Origin: an uncultured virus (IMG/VR IMGVR_UViG_3300042363_001425)
Taxonomy: Duplodnaviria > Heunggongvirae > Uroviricota > Caudoviricetes
Strand: one strand, 5' to 3'
IMG/VR virus record: IMGVR_UViG_3300042363_001425
DNA length: 64,000 nucleotides
Every line of letters starts with the position of its first letter. Position 1 is the stretch's first letter. Positions 47,718-57,902 of this stretch are shown here, in pieces. The notes beneath the pieces are model-generated. The model was given only the letters and a program-made list of their open reading frames with translations, had not been told where the DNA came from and did no database searches. The translations under genes and the position numbers were made by a program.

Positions 47718-49379
47718 CTATACAATGGTTAAATCTGAAAAATGATCGGTATTTTCAACTTGGATCTTAGTATCAAAATACTCTTCCGGTAAAGGGTCAT
47801 GCGAGATTACAAACACCGTCATATTATACTTCTTTGAAAAAGCTTTAAGTAGATCAACTACTCTAAAGATTGAGTCAACGTCTAGTGATGAAAATACTTC
47901 ATCTAGGAACAATAAGTTGACTTTATTGTGTTTTAGTTTAATAAGCTCAAGAATACACAGCAGTACAATTAAGTTCATTTTCTTCTGTTCTCCAGCGGAA
48001 AGAGAGTCTGGCGAGACCTGCATGCCTAAATGAGTAATAATTGGATTAAATTCTAAATCAAATTCAAATGCAAATTTAAACTCTAAGACTTTAGCAGTCT
48101 TAAGTATCTTTTTATTCAATAGTGGAATGATTTGACTCATTAACATCTTTTTCATGCCATTATCAGATAGGATCATTTCCATTTCTTGTGAAACTTTAAG
48201 CTTTTCTTGACACTTACCTAAAGACGTTTGGCCAGTTTGGATTTCAGTCTTGATATTTTGAATCACTTCAACTAGGTGTTTATCGGAAGTTCGATTTCCT
48301 TGTTTAGATAGATCAGAGATTTCTCTCTTAACCGCTGTGATTTGAGCGTCTACTTGATAGTACTTGCTCTTTGCTTCGCTTGACTCAGTTTCAATTGCAG
48401 ATAAACTTTTTTCTTGGACTTGAATTAGGTCTTTGATTTGAGGAAATATTGATTCCTGGTCGGTCTTCTTTACAATAAGTTTATCCTTAATTTGGGAATG
48501 AACTTCATCAGTTAAGTCAGATAGACAATGTGGACACTTGTTTTTACTGTAAATGTCAAGTTTCTTTTGAATTTCTGAAATATTGGCTCTAACCGTGCTT
48601 AACTTTTCCTGCTCAGTACGAATACTTTGTCTAATTTCCGAAATTTTACCAGAAAAACTACTTGCTTCAGCATGAGCTAATTTTTTATCTTCTGTTAATT
48701 TATCAAGCTGCGTATTAAGTTCTGAAATCTTTGCGTCATTACTGGTTTTAATTTCAGACTTTAAAGCTTCTAGTTGAGAGATTGAAGATTCAAGCAGTCT
48801 ATTATTACTGCTAATTGAAGACTCTACTGGTAGCATTTCGCCTTTAATTTGCTTGCTTTCCTCTTTAGCAACCTTTGACATTTCATTAACGATATCAAGG
48901 CCAAAGATCTTATCGATAATTTGGCGCTTGTCAGCTGGGCTGAGTTTAACAAAACTCTTAAAATCATTTACTGATAAGCTAATTGTATTTGAGAATACGT
49001 TAAAAGGTATTTTAGTAAGTTCATCTTCAATAAACTCATCAACTCTTCTTTTATCTGGTAAATTATAATCAGCTCCTCCGATTAATAATCTTGAGAAGTT
49101 AGGCTCAATGCCTCTTTCTATTTCAATTTGCTTGCCGCCTTCAGTTATGAATTTAATATGAGTGTAGGCATTCTTATTAATACGATTAGGAATCTCCTTT
49201 GTTTTACGAATTGCGGATTTACCATATATTGAAACAGTTAGGGCGTCTGAAATGGAAGATTTACCTGATCCATTTTTACCCTGAACAAGCACAAGCCTAG
49301 GTTCATCAGTAAACTTAAACGTCTGAAGTTTATTACCGTATGAACAAATATTTCTAAAAGAGAATTCTTGAATCTTCAT
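47718..49379 (-). CDS. Rad50/SbcC-like recombination ATPase, gp46
   Basis: GKNGSGKS, CPHC zinc hook, LSAGE signature, LDEVF. Confidence 0.92.
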   Translation of the reverse strand: MKIQEFSFRNICSYGNKLQTFKFTDEPRLVLVQGKNGSGKSSISDALTVSIYGKSAIRKTKEIPNRINKNAYTHIKFITEGGKQIEIERGIEPNFSRLLIGGADYNLPDKRRVDEFIEDELTKIPFNVFSNTISLSVNDFKSFVKLSPADKRQIIDKIFGLDIVNEMSKVAKEESKQIKGEMLPVESSISSNNRLLESSISQLEALKSEIKTSNDAKISELNTQLDKLTEDKKLAHAEASSFSGKISEIRQSIRTEQEKLSTVRANISEIQKKLDIYSKNKCPHCLSDLTDEVHSQIKDKLIVKKTDQESIFPQIKDLIQVQEKSLSAIETESSEAKSKYYQVDAQITAVKREISDLSKQGNRTSDKHLVEVIQNIKTEIQTGQTSLGKCQEKLKVSQEMEMILSDNGMKKMLMSQIIPLLNKKILKTAKVLEFKFAFEFDLEFNPIITHLGMQVSPDSLSAGEQKKMNLIVLLCILELIKLKHNKVNLLFLDEVFSSLDVDSIFRVVDLLKAFSKKYNMTVFVISHDPLPEEYFDTKIQVENTDHFSDLTIV

Positions 49380-49873
49380 TAATTTGAAAAGTATGTAAGT
49401 TCTTGATTTGGGTAAATGTCTTGTACTGTAAAAAATTTGTACAGTTTTAAGGTTGAGTCATAGGTCCAATTTATATTTGGGCTGTCTGACCTTCTATAAA
49501 TTGAGCCAAAGCCTAATAGAATAGAATGGGTTGTGACGTGTAATAATTTTTCAGGATTAGCCGTATCTAATAACATTGATCTAAATTGAGCAGTAGTTAT
49601 TAAGCCTCGGTCTAATCTCTCCTGTAGATCAAGTTCAGTAAGTTTATTAATGAATTCTTTCTCCTTTTCAATTCCATCTGGATTCTGAAAAAGTTTGCTA
49701 TTTAGGGCAGTATCGTTCCGTGAAATCAGTATTTGTAATCTTTGTGTTACTGGTAACCATGCACAAAATTCAATAGTTGAATCCCGAGCAATCTTTGCAG
49801 TACTAAATACCCCAAATTCACCAGACTCAGTTAGTTTAACATATAATGAAGGTAGAATACTAGGTTTACTCAT
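49379..49873 (-). CDS. SET-domain protein (atypical active site)
   Basis: GEFGVFSTAKI, LGFGSIYRRSDSPN (normally YNHS..PN), DIYPNQELT. Confidence 0.7.
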   Translation of the reverse strand: MSKPSILPSLYVKLTESGEFGVFSTAKIARDSTIEFCAWLPVTQRLQILISRNDTALNSKLFQNPDGIEKEKEFINKLTELDLQERLDRGLITTAQFRSMLLDTANPEKLLHVTTHSILLGFGSIYRRSDSPNINWTYDSTLKLYKFFTVQDIYPNQELTYFSN

Positions 49874-50978
49874 CGCTACTTAATTGTTTTACAGTACCAT
49901 GAATTTCAATAAATTTTCTGGCTAGGTCAGTTTTAAATGATTGAGAATAATCTCTGGATTTAATGAATACTTTAAAAATATCAATTATATTAAACTGGTC
50001 TTCTGGATTAAATTCAGAAGCAGTATTATCGTCTTTTACTTCATCTACATAGGTAAAAAATTCAATTTTACGATGAGTTGATTTTGAAATTGTTTCTAAG
50101 AATCTTGCAACTGAGAATTTATTTACAAAATTTACACTAATCATTACATCTACAAACGAGTTATTCAATAAATTAATTACTGAATCAGTTGATAGTTCTA
50201 GCAGCTCGTAAATATCGAATTTTTTATAAACTGGTGATTGAGTATTCTCAATGAATCTTTCGGTAATTGAGGCCTTTTCTAACGTTAACTCATAGTAACC
50301 TTTGGTATTATCCCTATCACCTCTATCCATTTGATAAGGGGTTCCGGTGTATAACACATTCTTAAACTCTTGCCTATGGTGAATATGGCCAGCATAAACT
50401 CTTTTGTATGAAGTTAATTGGTCAACTTCAATTCCATGCTCAACTTTGGTCCATTTATTAAAACGTAAACCTTTAATATCAGCATGACATACAATATACT
50501 CGCATAAGTCAGAATGATCAGTAATTATTTGATTGATTCGACTATTATCTTCTACCCATGGTAACATTAAAAAATTATGGGTTCCATTAATGGTTAGGAT
50601 CTCTGGGCTTTCAAATACGTGAATATTATCAGCTACATGAGAAATTGCTTTTAGCGAGTGAACTACGTTTCGATCTTTATAATAAACGTCGTGATTTCCA
50701 ATAATGATATAAATACCGCGTTTAAATTTGTCAGCAAGTTTCTTAAAAATAGTTAAGGCTTCGTCATGGATCCTAACATTGATTGATTCCCTAGAATGGA
50801 AAATATCTCCTTCTAAAAAAAGAATGTCGCGATCTTCATCAAAGTCTTTGTCTACTTCATTAATTAAAAAATCCAATAGAAAGTCCTTCTGTATTTGAAG
50901 CCATTCTATTGAATTGTTTTTAATGCCTAAATGTAAGTCGCCGACTAGCGTTATTTTTCTAATATTGGTTAATTTCAT
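49866..50978 (-). CDS. Mre11/SbcD-like nuclease, gp47
   Basis: GDLHLG, GDIF, GNHD, GHIH and YTGTPYQ motifs. Confidence 0.92.
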   Translation of the reverse strand: MKLTNIRKITLVGDLHLGIKNNSIEWLQIQKDFLLDFLINEVDKDFDEDRDILFLEGDIFHSRESINVRIHDEALTIFKKLADKFKRGIYIIIGNHDVYYKDRNVVHSLKAISHVADNIHVFESPEILTINGTHNFLMLPWVEDNSRINQIITDHSDLCEYIVCHADIKGLRFNKWTKVEHGIEVDQLTSYKRVYAGHIHHRQEFKNVLYTGTPYQMDRGDRDNTKGYYELTLEKASITERFIENTQSPVYKKFDIYELLELSTDSVINLLNNSFVDVMISVNFVNKFSVARFLETISKSTHRKIEFFTYVDEVKDDNTASEFNPEDQFNIIDIFKVFIKSRDYSQSFKTDLARKFIEIHGTVKQLSSDE

Positions 50979-50979
50979 T

Positions 50980-51648
50980 TTAAAACATTTTATAGTTCTT
51001 ACCCATACTATCTAAGAAACCATACTTATTATTTAGCTCAATTAACAGCAGTTCTTTATTTTCGTAAGATAACATGTCAAATAGTTTCTTGTATTCCATG
51101 CTTACTAAAGACGATATAGAATCAAGTATGTGTATTGGGCTTATGAATACATTTTGACCTGCATTATGGCGTAGTCCAGCCAATAGCGCAGTAAATAGAG
51201 CATTGATTTCTATCTTAGTGAATTTTCTCTTTTCAGATTCATCTCCGAGGATGGCCTTCACCTCTAAACTACCTTGGATGAAGTTGTATATGTCTCGTTG
51301 CACGATCTTCAGATCAACATGATCTGTGTATTTTTCTGGATCATACATGTGAAAATCTGGAGATCCACTGTCTAATTTAATTTCGGAAGATCCTCCCATT
51401 ACATTGGGTTCGTCTTCATCCGCTTCATCATGGTCATAACCCATTGTATAGGTGTTATTGAAAATTTTGTCGCTTCTTTTTAAGCCAGCATAGGCTACTC
51501 GCCTACGTTCAAGCTCATCTTCGTCATATTCTTCTTCAGAAATTCCAAAGTCTTCTTCTTCTTCCATTCCAAGTTCAGCTTCAATATGGTGATCATTAAA
51601 ATCATCGTCTAAACCTAAGAACTCTTCATCTGTATTTTTCGGTATCAC
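50980..51648 (-). CDS. Acidic protein; C-terminus possibly gp33-like late transcription coactivator
   Basis: Highly acidic N-terminal half; the C-terminal helical pattern loosely resembles gp33. Confidence 0.35.
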   Translation of the reverse strand: MIPKNTDEEFLGLDDDFNDHHIEAELGMEEEEDFGISEEEYDEDELERRRVAYAGLKRSDKIFNNTYTMGYDHDEADEDEPNVMGGSSEIKLDSGSPDFHMYDPEKYTDHVDLKIVQRDIYNFIQGSLEVKAILGDESEKRKFTKIEINALFTALLAGLRHNAGQNVFISPIHILDSISSLVSMEYKKLFDMLSYENKELLLIELNNKYGFLDSMGKNYKMF

Positions 51649-51663
51649 GTGGTGTTTGTTTTT

Positions 51664-53217
51664 TTATATTGAATTTAATAAATCATCATAATCTACTGGA
51701 GTTCTAACTATTGGAGCAGGCTCTTGTTGCTGCTTATTTGAAATGTAGTCAGGGCTCACAGCTAGCTCGTATGGTATTAAATTTGGGGGCAATGTTGTGG
51801 TATGAACAGTATTATATTGAGTTCTCATTTGATTCTCCAAAGATTGCGTATCATCATCGTCTGAATAGTACTCACTAGCTGGGTCATTTTCTTCAGTTAG
51901 CTTGGCATATTCATAGCTCATTCTATACATTTTGAAACTTTCAGTATAACCTCCATCCCTATTGGCAATTAGTTTAATTTTCATTCGCTTCTCCATTGGG
52001 CCTCTAATTAGACCAAATAATGAATCTACAGTATGAACTAGTCCAAATGATTCTGCAATATCTGACATGCTTAAGTCTTGATCGTCTACTGCATCTCTCT
52101 TGATTTGAGTAGCTGTAATAATACACCATTCATTACGAATAGCAACAGCTCTAAGCTCTTCAGAAATTACTTTAATCTTTTCATAAACGTTTCCTTGTTC
52201 ACGAAGTGGTCTCATTAGATTGATATAGTCAACTACAATAATTGAGAATTTCTTTCCAATATTTTGTTGAACTTTTAAGAAGTAGTTTTCAACGTCAATG
52301 GCAGACGCGGTTCCAGTAGGAAACTCTTTTACAATTAATTCTCCTAGATTTGGAGCAGTTGATTTAAGGTGTTTCATTCTGTCGTCCACACTACCTACTT
52401 GACTTTTATCAAGCATTGAATCGTATTCCTTAAATGGAATCTCTAAAATCATTGAACCTAATCTCTTCATGTACTTACGATCAGATAACTCAAGGGTTGC
52501 AATACCAACATTACAGCCGGCAACAAATGCTCTACCTGCAATATTTGAAAGAACCATTGATTTACCTACTTTAGGTCGACCTTGAAAAACAACTAGAGTT
52601 TTAGGGTTCCAACCTCCGCCTAACGTCTTATCTAAGAATTTAAAACCAGTTGGATTTCCAATTTTTGATAATTGAACGTGATCTACTGGATTAAAGAAGT
52701 TTAGACCAGACTCTGCATTAGTAAATGATACATTAAGTTTCTGATTAAATTTTTCACGAACGTCGTTTGTGATAAGCTCAACATTTTCTGGAGTGATCTC
52801 AGTTGTCTTTAAATATGATAGGACATCAATAACTGAGCCATTTAAGTTCTTATAGAAAACAAATGCTTTGGTGTACTTAAATAAGAAATCGTAGTTATAG
52901 CTAGTTAAGTCAACTGCAAACATTGCATTAAACTTACTTTCCGGAATATCAAGATTTGATAAATTAGCTAGTTCACGTAATTCATTACGCGTAGGAACTT
53001 TTGAATATTCAGCAAAGAACTTCTTTGCAATTCGATAGACTCTCTGTAATGTGTCATCGTTAAAGTAGTGAGCTTTAATCATTGGAATGATTTCGCGTTT
53101 ATCTAAAGCCTCATAGTTTTTAGGTTTTATGATAATATCGCCATCATCCTCAGTTAAGACAAAATTAAAGATTATTTTTTCGAGAAGCTCAATGTTCTCT
53201 TTGAAGTCTATCAGCAT
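51664..53217 (-). CDS. Replicative DnaB-like helicase, gp41
   Basis: GRPKVGKS, TLE, VVDYINL, TATQ and IAESFG motifs. Confidence 0.92.
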   Translation of the reverse strand: MLIDFKENIELLEKIIFNFVLTEDDGDIIIKPKNYEALDKREIIPMIKAHYFNDDTLQRVYRIAKKFFAEYSKVPTRNELRELANLSNLDIPESKFNAMFAVDLTSYNYDFLFKYTKAFVFYKNLNGSVIDVLSYLKTTEITPENVELITNDVREKFNQKLNVSFTNAESGLNFFNPVDHVQLSKIGNPTGFKFLDKTLGGGWNPKTLVVFQGRPKVGKSMVLSNIAGRAFVAGCNVGIATLELSDRKYMKRLGSMILEIPFKEYDSMLDKSQVGSVDDRMKHLKSTAPNLGELIVKEFPTGTASAIDVENYFLKVQQNIGKKFSIIVVDYINLMRPLREQGNVYEKIKVISEELRAVAIRNEWCIITATQIKRDAVDDQDLSMSDIAESFGLVHTVDSLFGLIRGPMEKRMKIKLIANRDGGYTESFKMYRMSYEYAKLTEENDPASEYYSDDDDTQSLENQMRTQYNTVHTTTLPPNLIPYELAVSPDYISNKQQQEPAPIVRTPVDYDDLLNSI

Positions 53218-53223
53218 ATATTA

Positions 53224-53562
53224 TTAGTTAGTAATGTCATAAAATTTTAAAAATTCACGTTCATTGATTATAATGAACTCCCCTTTCTTTGTTAAGCTAC
53301 CGTCTTCTACAAGGTCTTTCATTAATAGTTTTATCCTATCTAGAAATTCAGGAGTTAATTTTTCTCCAAAGACGTATTTTAAGGTCTTTGGAGAAAATTT
53401 AATATCGGTTTGATCAAAGTCTTTTGACTTGGCGGTAGTTACTCTGACTACGTATGACAATAAGTCAAACAAAAAGTCTTGATGAGTCGGGTAATTGGGT
53501 AGAGCAATATGCGAGTCTAAGACATACTTCAGAGCAACAGTAGGTCTCAGATTAAAGGTCAT
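53224..53562 (-). CDS. Hypothetical protein (possibly winged helix)
   Basis: 112-aa ORF between uvsX and gp41. Confidence 0.6.
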   Translation of the reverse strand: MTFNLRPTVALKYVLDSHIALPNYPTHQDFLFDLLSYVVRVTTAKSKDFDQTDIKFSPKTLKYVFGEKLTPEFLDRIKLLMKDLVEDGSLTKKGEFIIINEREFLKFYDITN

Positions 53563-54742
53563 TGTCCGAATCAGTTAAATCTTCTAATTCATCTATTTCC
53601 ATTTCGTCTATTCCATCTTGCGTTTCTGGGAATTTAAACGTAGGCTTAATTGTAGTTTCGTCTAATTGAGCTAGTACAGCTGGTGTAAATAGCCTAGCTG
53701 AGAAAAACTCTTTAACTGGAACGGCATCGCCATTATGCTTAATAATATAAGTTTTGCCTAATTTCTTTGGTAGAAAATAGAAAGTTTCTCCATCCACTTC
53801 AAATTTTGAGCATAATTCAGATTCGTCAGGTTTAAGTTTAGAGAACTCCTTTTCAGTTAGTTTATTACCTCTACCTACTCCGCATGATTCCCAACTTACG
53901 AATTGCTCTAATCCAACAAATGGATTCATACCTTTATGGAATGAAATGTGGAATTCAATATCAATTGGTTTGGCTAAACGATTTTTCTTGGTCTTTGAAC
54001 GAACAATAATACCAGTAGTTGTTTTGGCCTCATCACGAAGAGTTCCTTTACTTAACATCAAGATAATTGATGCAGAGAATTCTGGACCTCCACCGCCTGA
54101 CATACCTTTTGGCGTGTATTGATCCATTGACGCATACGTGTGATTTGTAAAAATGAAAGGAACTTTATAGTTTGAAAGATCTAAGGTTAATGATTTGAAT
54201 AATGATCTCATTTCTTTTGCACGTAATCCCATATCAGCAGCATTTTTACCTGCATCCATGTCACGTTGACTCTTATCAGTATCCAGCATTCCTACTGAAT
54301 CGACAAATAGTGCAATCTTAAGTCCTGGGTTTTCTTTGATTGTTTCAATTAAGTCATGCACAAAGAATTTGACTTCACTAATTAGGCCCATACGCAAATA
54401 TTTTAATTTGGTTAAGTCTACTCCAAATTTAATATAGTCACTAGAGTCAATTGCTCCTTCGGTATCAATATAGATTACCATGTAGTCTTTTTTCTGTAAC
54501 TCGCGAACTGCATTTAAACATAAGAATGTTTTACCTGAACCAGAGTCTCCAGCAATTCCAATACTACGAGTATTAGGATAACCGCCAAATAGAGAACCTG
54601 ACATTTGGGCATTTAATAAGTAATTTCCAGTTGAAATATACTCTTCGATATCAGAGAAACCTCTGATTTCAATTTTTGATTTGACTTTCTTTTCGAGCAA
54701 GTCGTTAAACTTGGCGAATGCGTCCATTGTTGATTTTGCCAT
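53552..54742 (-). CDS. uvsX: RecA-like recombinase UvsX
   Basis: GDSGSGKT, YIDTE, FVDSVG, TNH and GGGG motifs. Confidence 0.92.
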   Translation of the reverse strand: MAKSTMDAFAKFNDLLEKKVKSKIEIRGFSDIEEYISTGNYLLNAQMSGSLFGGYPNTRSIGIAGDSGSGKTFLCLNAVRELQKKDYMVIYIDTEGAIDSSDYIKFGVDLTKLKYLRMGLISEVKFFVHDLIETIKENPGLKIALFVDSVGMLDTDKSQRDMDAGKNAADMGLRAKEMRSLFKSLTLDLSNYKVPFIFTNHTYASMDQYTPKGMSGGGGPEFSASIILMLSKGTLRDEAKTTTGIIVRSKTKKNRLAKPIDIEFHISFHKGMNPFVGLEQFVSWESCGVGRGNKLTEKEFSKLKPDESELCSKFEVDGETFYFLPKKLGKTYIIKHNGDAVPVKEFFSARLFTPAVLAQLDETTIKPTFKFPETQDGIDEMEIDELEDLTDSDNDL

Positions 54743-54792
54743 GTGTATAAAATTTAATCTTTAGTATCTTTTACAAAGGATACTAAAATGGT

Positions 54793-55359
54793 TTAGTTAA
54801 AATATGAAACTAATAAAAATGATCCAGATAGGATTGTTGTGTCTGGGAATTCGCCATTAACTACTTGGTGGAAGCCGATCTTTGTAATTGATGATTCGTC
54901 CTTAATAAAGTTATCTTTAGAAAGATTTCTAGTAAAGTCTAATTGGTCATTAGAAGTAATATCTACGCCATAACATTTAATATTTAACGACATTGGCACG
55001 TTCATTTGAATGTCTCCCAAGTAGTAAATATTGTTTTCATTAATGTTAAGAGAGTCAATGTTAAGACCAGCCTCTTCAATTAGGGATCGACACACTGAAT
55101 CATAAGGAGTCTTATCTAGATCTGGATTAACTGTATCAATAATTAATGAATGAACCGTTTGCCCAGTGACTTTATTTGGAAACTCCAAAACGTAGATTGA
55201 TTTGATTGTACCCTCTGCTGTTTTCTCAAACGGTACAAGACAAATGTAGTTTAACTCACAAGACAAATAATGGTTGGTATGGTTGTCCTTAGTAAGGATA
55301 AGCACATTAAAACGGCCAACCTTATTAGATTCTTGGGTTACTATTGAATGTTGATTCAT
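54793..55359 (-). CDS. Nudix-fold protein with degenerate Nudix box (start reassigned to ATG 55359)
   Basis: TPYDSVCRSLIEEAGL. Confidence 0.5.
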   Translation of the reverse strand: MNQHSIVTQESNKVGRFNVLILTKDNHTNHYLSCELNYICLVPFEKTAEGTIKSIYVLEFPNKVTGQTVHSLIIDTVNPDLDKTPYDSVCRSLIEEAGLNIDSLNINENNIYYLGDIQMNVPMSLNIKCYGVDITSNDQLDFTRNLSKDNFIKDESSITKIGFHQVVNGEFPDTTILSGSFLLVSYFN

Positions 55360-55363
55360 TTGA

Positions 55364-56044
55364 TTACTCGGGTTTACTTTTTGGTGTACCAGATAGAGTT
55401 TTCTTAAGAGTCTTCTTAATCGCATCAACCGTTACATTGTTATTTATATAGTTTGCGAGTTTGGTCAAGAATTCTTCCTTATTCTTGGAATTAGTGTACA
55501 TCATCTTAAGTAGAGGCTTGCTTGGCAGTTTAATTTTAACCGACAGGTTTAAATCAGTATCTTCCAATGAAAACATGCCAAATAGGTCAGAAGGGTCAAC
55601 TTCAAACTTCGATTGAGTTTGGATAACTTTAGCTGGAGTTCCAGTTAATGCTGGGGCAGGGTTAGCTGGTTGAGCCTTGATTTCAGTAGCAAACTCTTGA
55701 GGAATTTCGTTTGAAACATTGATTTCTTCACTTAATGAAGGAATATAGTTAATTGACTGAATTTCTGACATACTCATGGGCTGTTGATCTCCAGTAATCA
55801 TCATCAGATCTGAGGATACTCGATCTGTGTCTAATTGGGTCCCATCTGACAGAACTGCCACATATCTGCCGTTTCTAGCAGGCAAAACATCTCTAACTGT
55901 TACAACCGTACCTATTTTAGAGCGGTCATTTGTTTTTATCCATTGAAAGTCATTTGCTTGAAAGCTAGATTTAATAGCAACCAGCGTATCAATATCGTAT
56001 CCGTTCATAATTTTATGTATTATTTTTTTAAGCCACTTTTTCAC
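55364..56044 (-). CDS. Hypothetical protein (start may be 56008)
   Basis: 226-aa ORF in the replication operon. Confidence 0.65.
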   Translation of the reverse strand: MKKWLKKIIHKIMNGYDIDTLVAIKSSFQANDFQWIKTNDRSKIGTVVTVRDVLPARNGRYVAVLSDGTQLDTDRVSSDLMMITGDQQPMSMSEIQSINYIPSLSEEINVSNEIPQEFATEIKAQPANPAPALTGTPAKVIQTQSKFEVDPSDLFGMFSLEDTDLNLSVKIKLPSKPLLKMMYTNSKNKEEFLTKLANYINNNVTVDAIKKTLKKTLSGTPKSKPE

Positions 56045-57410
56045 TTGACAATTTCTCTTCTAATTTTTTCATTTCAGTTTTTGTATCTACACGTCCATTA
56101 TATAATCTAGTAAGAATTGTTCGAGCGGCTGAGTCGAATTTCTTATTAAAGAGAGTATCGTTCTTTGTTAATATTTGATCTGGGGTTACAACTTGCGCAG
56201 GTTTTATCTTACCTTGATATGCATCAGGCGAAATATTAAACTGGATTTGAATGTTTGGATACATTGACGCAAAGTCAAAACATGATACGTACTTATAGTA
56301 TCCAGGAGTAGGTTTAGCCACATAAGCTCCGTCATACGTTGCGTCTTCTTCAAGAGCTCGACGATCGTTTGCCATGTACAAACCTCTATCTAAAAACTCA
56401 CGACACATTAACGATTCAGTAATGAATACTGCTGAAAATACTTTTGAAACATCGACTTTTGCAAATTTTGAGATTGCAAATGCAACATCAAGTAGCCCAA
56501 GCTTATCTTCAATTAGTTTAATAAGAATTGTATCGATAATGTTATACTTAATGAAGTTCTCAATGTCTTGTTGAGCTTCTAGCATTGTAGCATATTCACT
56601 ATGTAATTTGGTGGTTCCAAGAACAAGATTAGCAATATAATCTAACTTATAGTTCTCAACCACTTTGTAAGGTTTAGTATTCATGAAAACTTCCATGTAA
56701 TCCAGAAGTCCCATGTGAACTGGCATTTTTGATTTGCCGATTAGGGTTTTGGTTGGCATTTCTTTCATTGCATCTACTCCAATATTCTTACAACGATTTA
56801 TTAAGTAGATCCAGTCAAATCCAATTACGTTCCACCCAGTTAAGAATGGAATTTTTGGAAGAACTTTATGAAAGAACATTGTCATCATCTCAACCTCAGT
56901 TTCGAAAAATAAGTACTTAAGTTTAAAAGTTTGGCCGTGCGCTTTAAAATAGTCATTTACTTCATCTTGCATTTGATCAACCGCGGTAGTTTCCAACGGT
57001 TTCATAGTTGACATTACGAAGCAGATGTTTTCTTCATTCACAAATGTGATTAAATTGACTGGCATGGCTGCTCTTGCTGGATCAGGAAACTCTTGAGAGG
57101 TTAACTGAATCTCAATATCCAAATAGTACTTCTTTGGGCTATCATCTGAGTAGATTGACGAGAGTTCAGTCTCATCTAGCCGAGTTTGAGTTAATTCTTC
57201 TAGTCTAAAACGACTTAACCACTTACCTTGGACCTTTTTGAGGAATCTTCCATCCCAATTTCTGTTTTCAGTTGGGGTTGGAGTTAGATTCCAGTTATAG
57301 AGGTCGTGCGGAAGGATTGGCTTCTTCATAAAGCCGATAGTGCCGTCTGGTTTATAATAAGAAATGACTAGGGTTGAGTCTTCTGTGTGAAATTCGGTAC
57401 TTACAATCAT
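56028..57410 (-). CDS. Family B DNA polymerase, N-terminal subunit (3'-5' exonuclease plus motif A)
   Basis: LDIEI (ExoI), GWNVIGFD (ExoII), YNIID (ExoIII), FDFASMYP (motif A); ends in the first fingers helix. Confidence 0.9.
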   Translation of the reverse strand: MIVSTEFHTEDSTLVISYYKPDGTIGFMKKPILPHDLYNWNLTPTPTENRNWDGRFLKKVQGKWLSRFRLEELTQTRLDETELSSIYSDDSPKKYYLDIEIQLTSQEFPDPARAAMPVNLITFVNEENICFVMSTMKPLETTAVDQMQDEVNDYFKAHGQTFKLKYLFFETEVEMMTMFFHKVLPKIPFLTGWNVIGFDWIYLINRCKNIGVDAMKEMPTKTLIGKSKMPVHMGLLDYMEVFMNTKPYKVVENYKLDYIANLVLGTTKLHSEYATMLEAQQDIENFIKYNIIDTILIKLIEDKLGLLDVAFAISKFAKVDVSKVFSAVFITESLMCREFLDRGLYMANDRRALEEDATYDGAYVAKPTPGYYKYVSCFDFASMYPNIQIQFNISPDAYQGKIKPAQVVTPDQILTKNDTLFNKKFDSAARTILTRLYNGRVDTKTEMKKLEEKLSSEKVA

Positions 57411-57431
57411 ATTTTACTAATATACTAAAGA

Positions 57432-57869
57432 TTAATGAGTTCCAGTTGAGCCAAATCCACCTACTCCACGTTCAGTTTCCACAGAATAGAGCTCCTCAAA
57501 CGGAACTTCCTCAATTGTATCGTAAAATACAGGAACTAGTACAAACTGGATCAATTTTTGACCTGGCGTTATGAGCTGATCAACGCTTCCGACATTAATC
57601 ACATGGATATGAATTTCTCCTTGATAATCTTCATCGCAGACTTCAGCGCCTTTAATTAATAATTGCTTGGTTGCAACTCCGGATTTATTAAAAGCAGTTA
57701 GCATATACCCAGTTGGAATATCGGCTTTAATACCGGTCGGAATTAAGACAGAATCGCTAGGGGCTAGTATTAACCCTGGGTAATCGTTTGGAACAAAAAA
57801 GTCGATACCGGCTGATTTAGAAGTTCCTCTAGTTGGGGTCTTTACGTCCCTAATTTTTGAAATTTTCAT
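57432..57869 (-). CDS. dut: Trimeric dUTPase
   Basis: AGIDF, KSG, DEDYQGEI and RGVGGFGSTG motifs. Confidence 0.93.
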   Translation of the reverse strand: MKISKIRDVKTPTRGTSKSAGIDFFVPNDYPGLILAPSDSVLIPTGIKADIPTGYMLTAFNKSGVATKQLLIKGAEVCDEDYQGEIHIHVINVGSVDQLITPGQKLIQFVLVPVFYDTIEEVPFEELYSVETERGVGGFGSTGTH

Positions 57870-57902
57870 TAAATATGATTATTTGAGTTAGTATTACTTA
57901 TT

